From assembly GCA_023265925.1 (NCBI GenBank), contig JAHFSD010000003.1:1-51481 (forward strand): DNA of 51,481 bases. Reading direction: 5' to 3'. The notes under the pieces were generated by a model that was given only the letters and a program-made list of their open reading frames with translations, had not been told where the DNA came from and did not search any database. The stretch comes from an archaeon. GTDB lineage: Archaea; Nanobdellota; Nanobdellia; Woesearchaeales; GW2011-AR9. The position numbers and the translations under genes are program-made. Positions 37,613 through 47,800 of this stretch are shown one piece after another (the stretch's first letter is position 1; every line of letters begins with the position of its first letter).

Positions 37613-38174
37613 GTAACACTAACCCCCAAAACGCTTCCGGATTATTAAGTATAATATGATTCTTTAAAGCTTGTTTTCCCACGTTTTCTTCCTGAGCATG
37701 GAGCATCTTTTTAAATTCTTTGGCGGTAATGAAGATGGGGCTAATTCTTTTCCTGAACAACAGCTCATATTTAGAAAAAGAGAGAGATTTCTTCCCATCT
37801 TTATTAATCACCAATAGATCAATATCACTTTTTTCGGTTTCTTTGCTTTTAGCATAGCTGCCAAAAAGAATAACGGTGTCTTGGGTATCCAATTCACTGG
37901 CAATTTTTTTAAGAATAGGCTGCCGGGGAAGAAATTCCTTCCGTTCCTCATCGGAAGAGACTGTAAGATGGGCTTTTACGACGGGGTTTTTGGTCTTCAG
38001 GCCCATTGTTTTAGATTTTCCAACTGTTTCAATTTCTAAAACATCGCTCATCTGCTGAACCGCCCGGTAAAAACTAGCGTAAGGAATACCCACTAACTTA
38101 CTCAGCTCGTGCATCGTAAAGCGCTTTTCCAGCTGCTTTCCCAGATAATTGATGATTTTATGCTTATTATCCAT
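37602..38174 (-). CDS. HTH + minimal nucleotidyltransferase (MNT antitoxin-like)
   Basis: N-terminal HTH, ILFGSYAK...SDIDLLVI (GS-x10-DxD). Confidence 0.88.
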   Translation of the reverse strand: MDNKHKIINYLGKQLEKRFTMHELSKLVGIPYASFYRAVQQMSDVLEIETVGKSKTMGLKTKNPVVKAHLTVSSDEERKEFLPRQPILKKIASELDTQDTVILFGSYAKSKETEKSDIDLLVINKDGKKSLSFSKYELLFRKRISPIFITAKEFKKMLHAQEENVGKQALKNHIILNNPEAFWGLVLHGI

Positions 38175-38288
38175 TTTTGGATAACATTAATCATAAATGA
38201 TATATAAACTTTATGCTTTTGTGCTCCGGATTTATGAACTGCCCCAAGCCACCGATAATACCCTTTTTGACCATGTTGGCTTTAAGCC

Positions 38289-39545
38289 TCACGTCCCTTC
38301 CTGCCAACTGGTCAGATAGCTGTTCTGCTCGGCGGTCAAGACGTCTTTCCTGATTCCTAACGCTTCCAGCTGCAATTCGGCGATCGTCTGGTCTATCTCC
38401 GGAGGAAGGACGTTAACACCCACTTTCAATTTTCTTTTATTTTTCACTCCGTATTCAATCGCCAACGCCTGCCCGCAGAACGATTGCGCCATCACCACCG
38501 AAGGATGCCCCTCGGCGGCAGCGAGGTTGATCAGGCGGCCTTCTCCCAGCACATATATTTTTTTCCCGGTATCGAGAGTGAATTCTTCCATGAACGGCCG
38601 TATCATGCGGCACTGTTGGGCTCTCTCCCGCAACTTGTTCACATTGATTTCCGCATCAAAATGGCCAGAATTGGCCAGGATGGCCCCGTCTTTCATCCGT
38701 TGCAGGTGCGGAATATCAATGACATTTTTATTACCCGTTACCGTGATGAAGATGTCTCCTTCTTCGGTCGCATTCATGATTGGCATGACCCGATAGCCAT
38801 CCATCACCGCCTGCAAGGCGCGGAAGGAATCAACTTCCGTTACGATGACGTTAGCGCCCATGCCTTTCGCCCGTAAGGCTACACCCTTTCCACAGGGCCC
38901 ATAGCCGCAGACCACCACGTTCTTTCCAGCCAGAAGAATGTTAGTAGCCCGCGTTATGCCGTCGAGAGTGCTCGCTCCCGTTCCGTAAAAATTATCAAAC
39001 AGATGTTTCGTCTTCAGGTCATTAATGGCCAATACCGGGTATTTTAAGGCGCCAGCCTTTTCCATTGCCCTGAGGCGAATAATTCCCGTCGTCGTCTCTT
39101 CATTCCCAAACCAGATTTGCGGGATTAAGTGGGGATAGCTGGTATGAATCTCCGACACCAGATCACAGCCGTCATCAATGGTGATTTGCGGCTGGGAAGC
39201 AATGACACTGCGCAACGCTTCATAGTATTCTTCCTTGGTCTGCCCTTTTTTGGCATAGACCTGGAAACCTTCCTGGGCCAAGGCAGCGGCCACATCATCC
39301 TGTGTTGATAAAGGGTTGCAGGAGCAGATGGCAATCTCAGCACCGCCTGCCCGTAGCGTGCGGACAAGAACAGCAGTCTCTTTCGTGACGTGAAGCGCGA
39401 TGCCAATCTTTAATCCGGCAAAGGGCTTTTCCCGGGCAAAGCGCTCCCGCACTTTCAGCAGCGCGCCCATCTGCGCTTCGGCCCATTCGATGTTTCTCAA
39501 GCCCTGATCAGCTAACGATAAATCTTTTACTTTGAAATTTCCCAT
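38289..39545 (-). CDS. ahcY: Adenosylhomocysteinase
   Basis: SCNPLSTQD, IDDGCDL, EETTTG, KHLFDNFYGTG, GHFDAEI, EGRLINL, EGHPS. ATG 39545 is preferred over the track start at 39572. Confidence 0.97.
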   Translation of the reverse strand: MGNFKVKDLSLADQGLRNIEWAEAQMGALLKVRERFAREKPFAGLKIGIALHVTKETAVLVRTLRAGGAEIAICSCNPLSTQDDVAAALAQEGFQVYAKKGQTKEEYYEALRSVIASQPQITIDDGCDLVSEIHTSYPHLIPQIWFGNEETTTGIIRLRAMEKAGALKYPVLAINDLKTKHLFDNFYGTGASTLDGITRATNILLAGKNVVVCGYGPCGKGVALRAKGMGANVIVTEVDSFRALQAVMDGYRVMPIMNATEEGDIFITVTGNKNVIDIPHLQRMKDGAILANSGHFDAEINVNKLRERAQQCRMIRPFMEEFTLDTGKKIYVLGEGRLINLAAAEGHPSVVMAQSFCGQALAIEYGVKNKRKLKVGVNVLPPEIDQTIAELQLEALGIRKDVLTAEQNSYLTSWQEGT

Positions 39546-39727
39546 AGTCTCACTTTCTGAATATTGGTGCAAGATATGGTCAGGATAAGCATTTTTCTAC
39601 GTCGCACGCCACGGGTGGCGCTTTATCGTGGGGTTTCCGAGCAAAGCGAGGAATACCCCACCTGATCATCTCGCCTAGGATACTGGCAGCATAACCTATA
39701 TAAATGTTTAGAAAATAACATCCTTCC

Positions 39728-41014
39728 ATGCCCCAGCCCGGTGATAGAATCAAAATAACCACAAAGCAGGAAACACTAGAAGGCCTGCTGCTGCCCAGCT
39801 TTCAGGAAGGAGTAGTTTTGATTAAGCTGGACAATGGCTATAACCTGGGGTTTCCCAAAAAAGAGATCACTAAAATGGTGGTCCTGGAAAAAGTACATGA
39901 GAAAAAACCTGTTCGTTCCCCCCTTCCTGAAAAAAGCCATCTTCCAACTATTGCTATCCTGCATACGGGAGGAACGATCGCTTCCCGGGTTGATTACCGC
40001 ACCGGCGGCGTCGTGGCTCGCTTCAGCCCCGAAGAGTTAGTCTCCCAATTTCCGGAGTTGTCAGAGCTCGCTACCATCCATTCGGAATTGATTTCACAGA
40101 TGTGGAGCGATGATCTCCGGTTTAAGCATTTCTCGTTGATCGCCAGAAAGATCGAAGAGCAGGTCAAAAAAGGAGTTCGCGGCATCATCATCGGCATGGG
40201 CACGGATAATTTAGCAGTAGCAGCTGCTGCTCTTGCCTTCATCGTGGAAAAAACACCGGTACCTATTCTCCTGGTGGGCGCGCAACGCTCTTCCGACCGC
40301 GGCAGCAGCGATGCGGGAATGAACCTGATTTGTGCTGCCCATTTCATCGTCAGGACGGAATTTGCCGGCGTGGCCATCTGCGTCCATGAAAAGTCCGATG
40401 ATCAAACCTGTGCGATATTGCCAGCTGGCAAGACCGCAAAGCTGCACAGCTCGCGAAGGGATGCGTTTAAAGCCGTGAATGCCGAAGCCATAGCAAGAGT
40501 TAATTATGCCACAAAAAAAGTTGATTTCCTCCAGAAAGAATTTCTAAAGCATGGCGGTCCGCTCGTTCTGAAACCAAAGATGGAAGAAAAAGTGGGCTTG
40601 TTAAAAATCCACGTCAACATGTTCCCGGAGCAGTTTGAATTCTTTAAAGGGTATAAAGGATTGGTCATCGAAGGAACCGGCTTGGGCCATACGCCCGGCC
40701 AAGTGCCCAATCCGGAAGCGGCCCTTCACAAGAAAATCTATCCGGCCCTGAAAAAAGTGATTGACAGCGGCTGTATCATCGTCATGACAACGCAATGTTT
40801 ATTTGGCGGGGTCAACATGAACGTCTATGATAAAGGCCGGGATTTGCTGAATCTGGGCGTGATTTCAGGAAAGGATATGCTGGCCAATACTGCCCTGGTG
40901 AAATTATCCTGGCTGCTGGCCAATCATTCTAAAACGGAGGTCAGGAGGTTGATCGGTGAAAATTTGCGGGGCGAGATCAATGAGCGGCTGGCGTATGAAG
41001 AAGAGTTCTTGTAA
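39728..41014 (+). CDS. gatD: Glu-tRNA(Gln) amidotransferase subunit D
   Basis: KLDNGYNLG, HTGGTIASRVDYRTG, GAQRSSDRGSSD, HSSRRDAF. Confidence 0.95.
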   Translation: MPQPGDRIKITTKQETLEGLLLPSFQEGVVLIKLDNGYNLGFPKKEITKMVVLEKVHEKKPVRSPLPEKSHLPTIAILHTGGTIASRVDYRTGGVVARFSPEELVSQFPELSELATIHSELISQMWSDDLRFKHFSLIARKIEEQVKKGVRGIIIGMGTDNLAVAAAALAFIVEKTPVPILLVGAQRSSDRGSSDAGMNLICAAHFIVRTEFAGVAICVHEKSDDQTCAILPAGKTAKLHSSRRDAFKAVNAEAIARVNYATKKVDFLQKEFLKHGGPLVLKPKMEEKVGLLKIHVNMFPEQFEFFKGYKGLVIEGTGLGHTPGQVPNPEAALHKKIYPALKKVIDSGCIIVMTTQCLFGGVNMNVYDKGRDLLNLGVISGKDMLANTALVKLSWLLANHSKTEVRRLIGENLRGEINERLAYEEEFL

Positions 41015-41038
41015 AGAATATGCAGTATATGTTTTTGA

Positions 41039-41626
41039 GTGGTTTTTCGAAAGGTTTATAAAGAAGTGGGCTGGGGCAGGGAGCTACCGATGGGAATCGA
41101 ATCACAACTTAATCTGGATAGGTTGGGAAGAGCGATCTATGATCATCTTCCCCAGGAATCAGATGCCCGGCGAATTACCGGAAAAAGCCGGATTGTCAGG
41201 ATTTCTGATACCGGTAGCGGACAGCCGCGGCGAGGATTGTACTACAGTGAAACTGAACCTCTCCGTGATATTATAGGGGTGGGAAGTGAGTATGTGGGGG
41301 TTGCTCTGGAAAAGATTCGTGGCCTTTACCAGCTGCAGGAACAGCAGATTCAGCATCTCCTGCTCACCTCGGTAGAACCATTTGAGCTGTTTGTGGGTGA
41401 TGCCAGTTATGAAACTACCAAAACGTATGTGCGTCACATTGCCCAGGCACTTTTAGAACGAAGGAGTATCTACACCGGAAAAAAGCCAACCGTCTGCCTT
41501 GTCGAGCCCCAACCAGGAATCGTGCAGCGGTTTAACGCTGCCTATGATCAATTTGAGTTGCGGTTTGTCCCGGCAACACGATATCATGAAATGTTAGATG
41601 TGAATTTATCCGGGCCGGGCCGCTGA
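41039..41626 (+). CDS. Hypothetical protein
   Basis: 195-aa ORF filling the gap between gatD and the tRNA; the start codon is uncertain. Confidence 0.6.
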   Translation: MVFRKVYKEVGWGRELPMGIESQLNLDRLGRAIYDHLPQESDARRITGKSRIVRISDTGSGQPRRGLYYSETEPLRDIIGVGSEYVGVALEKIRGLYQLQEQQIQHLLLTSVEPFELFVGDASYETTKTYVRHIAQALLERRSIYTGKKPTVCLVEPQPGIVQRFNAAYDQFELRFVPATRYHEMLDVNLSGPGR

Positions 41627-41659
41627 AATTGGACAAGCTGCTGAATTTCTTCGTTAACC

Positions 41660-41667
41660 TTTTAAAT
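41660..41667 (+). promoter_or_regulatory. TATA box of tRNA-Leu
   Basis: TTTTAAAT about 25 nt upstream of the tRNA 5' end. Confidence 0.6.
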
Positions 41668-41691
41668 CACACCATAATCATAGCTGAAGAT

Positions 41692-41926
41692 GCGGGGGTG
41701 GGAGAGCCTGGCCAAATCCGCTAGAGGGTAAACAACCTGGCGAACTTGAGGGGCTAGTCCCTTAGAGCCTTTCAGAGAAAGCCTGAGAAAGAGGCTTGCC
41801 TGAACGGCGAGGAGTGGGTACGCGTGTTCAAAGGCCAGTTACACTAGGCGAGTCGTACTCAGGTGGGGCATAAAGCCCCACGACACTGACAAATAGTGTA
41901 ACGGTGTGAAAGTCACGTCCCCCGCA
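41692..41926 (+). tRNA. tRNA-Leu (GAG) with three non-canonical introns (41725-41744, 41766-41814, 41833-41912)
   Basis: Exons 41692-41724, 41745-41765, 41815-41832 and 41913-41926 join to an 86-nt type II cloverleaf: acceptor gcggggg/cccccgc, anticodon ctagc-TT GAG GG-gctag, T arm gcgtg-ttcaaat-cacgt, A73. Each junction forms a BHB-like motif. Confidence 0.88.
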
Positions 41927-41970
41927 CTTTTACTAAAACTATTTAAAGAAGGGAAATTTCTGCTTACCCC

Positions 41971-42771
41971 ATGAAACCCCGCTGGGAACTCACTCAGGAA
42001 ACTAAAACCCTCCCTAAACTAGACCGTCCCTTATTCATCGAAGGGCTTCCCGGCATCGGCAACGTCGGCAAGATCGCCGTCGATTTCCTGGTCGATGAAT
42101 TTAAAGCCGTGAAACTGTACTCTTTTTTCTGCACCAAGTTTCCCCACTCGGTGTTTGTGAATGACCAGAACCTGGTGGAAATGCCCAAGATCGAGCTGTA
42201 CTACAAAAAATTCAATGGCGAGGGAACGCGGGACCTGCTGCTGCTGACGGGCGACATCCAGCCCATCGACGAAGAAAGCTGCTTCACGTTCTGTGAGGAG
42301 ATCCTGACCATCGCCAAGCAATTTAACTGTTCTGAAGTTATTACCACGGGCGGCATTGGCATGCAGCATGTCCCGGACAAGCCGCGCGTTTACTGCACCA
42401 GCAACGATGCGGCTTTGTTGAAAGAGTATGCCCAGCCGGGATTGGGAGTAGAGAAAACGATTTTTGGCGTGGTAGGGCCGATCATCGGCGTTTCCGGCGT
42501 GCTGATTGGCCTGGGCCGGAAACGCGGTGTGAAAGGCGTGGCCTTGCTGGCTGAGACTTTTGGCCATCCGATGTATCTGGGCATCAAGGGAGCACAGGAA
42601 ATGTTGCGTGTTTTAGAGGGAAAATACCATTTAGGCATCAGCCTGCAGAAGATGGGGAAAGAAATCATCCGCCTGGAGCAGGAGCTGATGAAGAAAACCA
42701 AAGAGTGGGCGCAGGTGGCCGAGCAGGCCGGAGCGAAAGCCCGGCAGAAAGAAGCAGGGTATATTGGGTAA
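41971..42771 (+). CDS. Proteasome assembly chaperone PAC2-family protein
   Basis: EGLPGIGNVGKIA, FPHSVFV, ITTGG, GPIIGVSG, CLLAET-like ALLAETFGHP. Confidence 0.92.
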   Translation: MKPRWELTQETKTLPKLDRPLFIEGLPGIGNVGKIAVDFLVDEFKAVKLYSFFCTKFPHSVFVNDQNLVEMPKIELYYKKFNGEGTRDLLLLTGDIQPIDEESCFTFCEEILTIAKQFNCSEVITTGGIGMQHVPDKPRVYCTSNDAALLKEYAQPGLGVEKTIFGVVGPIIGVSGVLIGLGRKRGVKGVALLAETFGHPMYLGIKGAQEMLRVLEGKYHLGISLQKMGKEIIRLEQELMKKTKEWAQVAEQAGAKARQKEAGYIG

Positions 42772-42861
42772 AGTTCTCTTACAGCCCCTGCTGTTTTTCT
42801 TCCTGAATTTCTTCCCTAAACACCCATCATAACCTTTATAAACCATCAGACTATTCTCTCC

Positions 42862-44850
42862 TTGATGTACCAAAAGAGGTTTGACGTAGATTTTAGTAGG
42901 CAGGGTAATCGGCCTTTTACCAGTAAAAAAGCTCAAGTGACGGTATTCATCATCCTGGGCTTGCTGTTCCTGCTGGCATTGATCCTGGTAGTAGTGTTCC
43001 GCCGGGAAGTCATTACGATTAAGCCGGAAGAATTGCTGCCGACCAAGAAAGGTAAGATTGAAACGTTCATCAGCAACTGCATCGCCACTGCCGGCCGGGA
43101 GGCGTTAACCAAGGTAGGATTGCAGGGCGGCTATATCGTTGTTCCTTCTGACCTAGCGAATGATGGCGGCCGGCATTTACGGACTTCTCCTTTTACAGTC
43201 ATTCCTTACTGGGCTTATGGGCCGACGACGAGTATTCCCTCATTAGATGAAATCAAGGCACAGGTTGATGGGTATCTGGAAAAGAACGTGCGTCCCTGTT
43301 TGCTGGATACAGAATCCTTCCAGCAGGAATTCACGCTGGTGGAAAAGAGTGCCATTGAAGCGGACACGCAGATCGTTGATGCCAAAACAATCTTCAATGT
43401 CCATTGGGTGATAGAAATCCGTGACAAAGCTGGAGAAATCATCACCGAGTTAGCTGATCATACCGCTGATTCTCCCATTAAGCTTAAGCGCGTCTATGAA
43501 ACTGCCAAGCGGATCGTGGAAACAGAGATGGCGACACTCAAGCTGGAAGACCTTACTCAGGACTTGCTGGCCCTGGAGCATCCTGACGTTCCCCTGGCTG
43601 GGTTTGAAGTCAGTTGTGGGCAGAAAAAGTGGCCGATCAGCAAAGTAAAAGAAACTATTCAAGACCTGCTGCGGGTCAATCTGCGTGAATTACGAATGAG
43701 CGGGACTGACTACGTGCAATTTCCCGATACGTTGCCTTACTACCAGCACCATTACATCATGGATCTGGGTGAAGATTTTTCCCAGCCGCAGGTAAGCGTG
43801 TTGTTTGAATACCAAAATAATTATCCGTTTGCCTTTGAGGTTACGCCCAGAAGCGGGAGCTCCTTACGCAGCAATCAACTGGGAGGGGGAAATGAACTCT
43901 TGTCGCTCTTCTGCCTGCAATCGTGGAAATTTGTCTATGACGTGAGTTATCCGGTCAAAGTCACGGTGCGGGATGAAACTACGGATTATCCTTTCACTGT
44001 GGCAATGACGGTCCACCTGAAACGCAACATTCCTGACCGCAGCGATACTGCCCAATTCCGTAAAACCGTCTTCTTCGACGAGGTGAGTGACGAAGAATTC
44101 TGTTCAAACGCACGCTTGCCCATGACCGCGCTTACCTATGAATTGATTGAAGAAGAAAAAAGCGGCATCTATACCCGCGATCCACTTGAAAACGTGCAGC
44201 TTAGCTTTACCTGCCTGCGCTATACCTGTCCTCAGGGGAAAACCGTGTACGGCTTTGCTAACCTGGGCCCGGTGGCAGCCTATACCACCAACTATCCCTA
44301 TTGCGTCGGCGGGATTCTGCGGGGAAAAAAGGAAAAGTATAAAGAAGCCTGGGAACGGGTCGTAACCTCGCCGGGGAAAGTGGTAGAATTAAATCTGGTT
44401 CCCCTGCAGAGTATCCCTGTTGGAAAAATCAAAGTCCTGAAACATGAATATAAAGAACAGCCTTTCCCGCAGGTCAGTGCTGGCCAGGAACTCAAAAAAT
44501 CAGAGGCTGCCGTCATCTCCCTGAAATACTATAAGCACAACCAGCCGTTCCAGGAATTAAGTGCCGTGCGTTCCGCGCAGTTTGATCCAAAGATCGTCGA
44601 TGAGCAAACGATGGATTTCCTGGCAAAAGCTGACTTTCCTTATGTGGTGGAGGTGAAAGTGTTTGATGGCGAGAATTTTGTGGCGGGCTATGCCGGCAAC
44701 TGGACTGTTCCCTGGGAACAGCTGCAGAAAGCGCAGGAAATCGTGTTTCATACGGTCTCGCGAGCCGGCAGTGAAGAAGACCAGTTTGAACTGCTGCTTG
44801 GCCTCGATGGATTTAGCGCTTTTGTCCCAAAACCGGAAATCAAGACCTGA
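42862..44850 (+). CDS. Large pilin-like/adhesin protein with class III signal peptide
   Basis: SKKAQ-VTVFIILGLLFLLALILVVVF prepilin motif plus a 630-aa extracellular region with several Cys; the start may be a few codons downstream. Confidence 0.8.
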   Translation: MMYQKRFDVDFSRQGNRPFTSKKAQVTVFIILGLLFLLALILVVVFRREVITIKPEELLPTKKGKIETFISNCIATAGREALTKVGLQGGYIVVPSDLANDGGRHLRTSPFTVIPYWAYGPTTSIPSLDEIKAQVDGYLEKNVRPCLLDTESFQQEFTLVEKSAIEADTQIVDAKTIFNVHWVIEIRDKAGEIITELADHTADSPIKLKRVYETAKRIVETEMATLKLEDLTQDLLALEHPDVPLAGFEVSCGQKKWPISKVKETIQDLLRVNLRELRMSGTDYVQFPDTLPYYQHHYIMDLGEDFSQPQVSVLFEYQNNYPFAFEVTPRSGSSLRSNQLGGGNELLSLFCLQSWKFVYDVSYPVKVTVRDETTDYPFTVAMTVHLKRNIPDRSDTAQFRKTVFFDEVSDEEFCSNARLPMTALTYELIEEEKSGIYTRDPLENVQLSFTCLRYTCPQGKTVYGFANLGPVAAYTTNYPYCVGGILRGKKEKYKEAWERVVTSPGKVVELNLVPLQSIPVGKIKVLKHEYKEQPFPQVSAGQELKKSEAAVISLKYYKHNQPFQELSAVRSAQFDPKIVDEQTMDFLAKADFPYVVEVKVFDGENFVAGYAGNWTVPWEQLQKAQEIVFHTVSRAGSEEDQFELLLGLDGFSAFVPKPEIKT

Positions 44851-44858
44851 ACTACGAC

Positions 44859-47800
44859 ATGAAATCAAAGAAAAAAGTTATTGTTGGACTATTTCTCATT
44901 GTTCTTGTACTTAACTTTCCCTTGCTAAGCGCCTTGCAGATCTCGAATGTTCGTGCTGAAGATGTTACCGACACAGGTGCGGTAGTTAAATGGCAGACGG
45001 ATGAGCCCGCCGACAGTTTTGTGTTTTATGGAACCAGCCCGGAAAGCCTGGCTGCGCTGGGCGATGCCAACCCGGTATTGAATCACCAGCTGCCCCTTAC
45101 CGGACTGACACCATTTACTTCCTACCAATACAAAGTGCAAAGCAATGATGGTACTGACGATAATCAGGGAAATCTTTATTCTTTCACCACCCTGGGGCCG
45201 GATACGACTGCGCCCACCCTGGCGGTACTTCTGCCACCAATCGTCAAGGGAAATAAAGTGGAGATCACCGGCTCAACTGAAGCTAATGCCAACGTACGTT
45301 TGTTCGTCAATGATAACCTGGCCGGAAGCACGACGACGCTTACAGGCAACTTTACCTTCCTGGAAATTCTGCTTGTAGCAGATCAGGATAACACCATCCG
45401 GGTGGACGCGGAAGATTCTGCCGGCAATCTGGGCACATTTTCCGGAACAGTGTTCCCGGACACGCTGAAGCCCGTCATCAAGCTACAGCCCCTTCCTGAA
45501 TTGGTAGAAACAAAAGCGGTGGAAATCAAGGGAACGATTTCTGAGCCGGCAAAATTTCAAATCATCGTCAACAATAAATCGGCGGCCCAGGGCGAAGGAC
45601 AGAATTTCAGCCAGAGCGTTTCGCTGGAAGAAGGAAAAAATCATTTAATCATCTCTGCTGCTGACCGGGCCGGATGGGAAAGCAGTACCGAGGTAGAGGT
45701 TACTTCTGATACACAGCCACCTCCCCTCCAGGCGGAACTGGAACGGGGAACGGAATATTATGAAGGCCGGGCCGAATCGTCTATTCATGGCACGACGGAA
45801 CCAGGGGCGACTGTTTTCCTCTACATCTATCGTCCTCTGGGCTATGAATTCCAGCCGGATTTTAAAAGAGCGCGGGCTAAAGTCACTGCCAATGAGCAGG
45901 GCGAATTTACTTTTAAGGACGTCGAATTCATCATTTCCGTCTTCGACCAGAAGCTGGAAGACATCGCGCCGCGGGAAGTGCCCGCCGGTTTGAAGGAATA
46001 CAGCATCTTCCCCATTCAGGAAGTGGCACAGCAGCAGCAATTTGCCTATTACGTGTTTTTGATTGCAGAAGATCAAACCGGCAAGGGCAGTTACTGGCAG
46101 ACGACGGTCAATGTGCATACCTGTTTCTCACAGAATCTGGACTTTAGCGTCGAATCGCTGCCAAAATTCCAGACGCCGTTGCGGTTAGTGCCGCAATTAA
46201 TGGATGACGGCCGGCAGGAGATTCAGGCGGTGTTCCAGTTCAATTATCTGGGTGGGAGCGTGCCAAAACAAGTTGGTGAGATTGTGGTCGAGCCTGCCGC
46301 GAAAGTCAGCAGCGTCAAAATTGAGCCGGCCTGTACGGCCGCGACATTAAAAGATGACAAGTTTAATCTGGGCTGTAAGATTCTGCCGGCCCAGGGAAAC
46401 CTGATCAAGAACAATGACGGTTCCGTTGCCTATGTCACCTGGAAGCTTCGTCCTACTAATGAAATCAGCAAGCGTGAGGACGATTTCTGGAATGATTTCA
46501 AGAAACGCGAATTGATCATTCCCCTGAAAATTACATTGTACTATCAGGAGCGGGAAGGGGAGAACAAGTATGGCCAGGGGAAATTCCAGACGTCCTGCAC
46601 CGATTTAGGATACTTTATTGACATTCCACTGAAGAGCAGCGAGCTGATTCCGGATTTTCTGGCAGATGAAGGTGTGGAATTTCTCGATGAAAGTGTCCAG
46701 AAACTGACTACGGCGCGGGAATTTCTGGAGAAGGCGTTTATCGTTGCCGGCTTCGGCTGCATGGGCTCGTTTTTAGGCCGGACAGCGGGACGATGGGTCA
46801 GGATTGTGACATCGAAGTTTGAACAGTACACGTCCTATTTTAAGTTTTCGGGGATTAAGAGGGATGAGATAGATAAAGAAAGTAAAGGTTGTAAGAATCC
46901 CAGCGATTATTATCTGGAAGAGGAAATAAAGTATTACCTTACCTTTGAAAATCCTCCACAAGAAATAAAGGGTGCTAATAATAATCCAACTGAATTAGGT
47001 AAGTTAACCTTGGAAAAGCGCTGTCCCAACACGGCCGCAGCCTGGAAGTTTGAAGCCTTGATGAATGCAGCTTATCGCTGGAGCTGTGACCGGGCTTTCT
47101 GCAGTAAAGTTCCGGCAGCCTGGACGGCTGATGCTAAAGACGATGCCATTGGCGCCGCGATTGTCAAACAGCAGGAATGTGCCGTGACCGGCCGAGGCAT
47201 TCCGCTGATTAAGAGGGAGAATTGCCAGGAATTGGTGAAAACTGCCGTCACGGCCAAGCCGGTCGAAATCAAAGGCGGAGTGTGCTGGCAGACGGCAAAA
47301 GGAACATTGTATTTTAATGATGAGAGTGTTTATTTTAATGATGAGAGTGTTCAAAATAGAGAACAAGCCAGCAAAGGCATATTTTTGTTGAAACCAGTGT
47401 CAGCCCAGCTGGGAGATTTAAAAGTTCCGGAGACGCCACTTAAGGTGTACAAGCCGGAAGGAGCAGATAACTATGTTGTCGGTAGGGAGGAGAGCTGTCA
47501 AACCGTCTGTAAGAATCCGCGACGGCCCGGATTCCAGGCGGATACGGACGGTGGGGTTGTGGATGTAGTGGAAGGAAAAACAGTGAAAAATGGCTGTTAC
47601 ATTGAGAATATTCAGGGTGGGGAAGTGGAATTAATTGGAAATGGTGGTGTTAAATTCAAAAACATCAATAAAGAGGGAAAAGCCAGATACATGGCTGGAT
47701 ATACCTCTGATTGTTTTGTTGAGCCGGATGAAACGTCGTCGGTGGTTAAACAATGCGTGTGCATCAAAGATGAAAGTCAAAAGCTAACAGTAGGAGAGAA

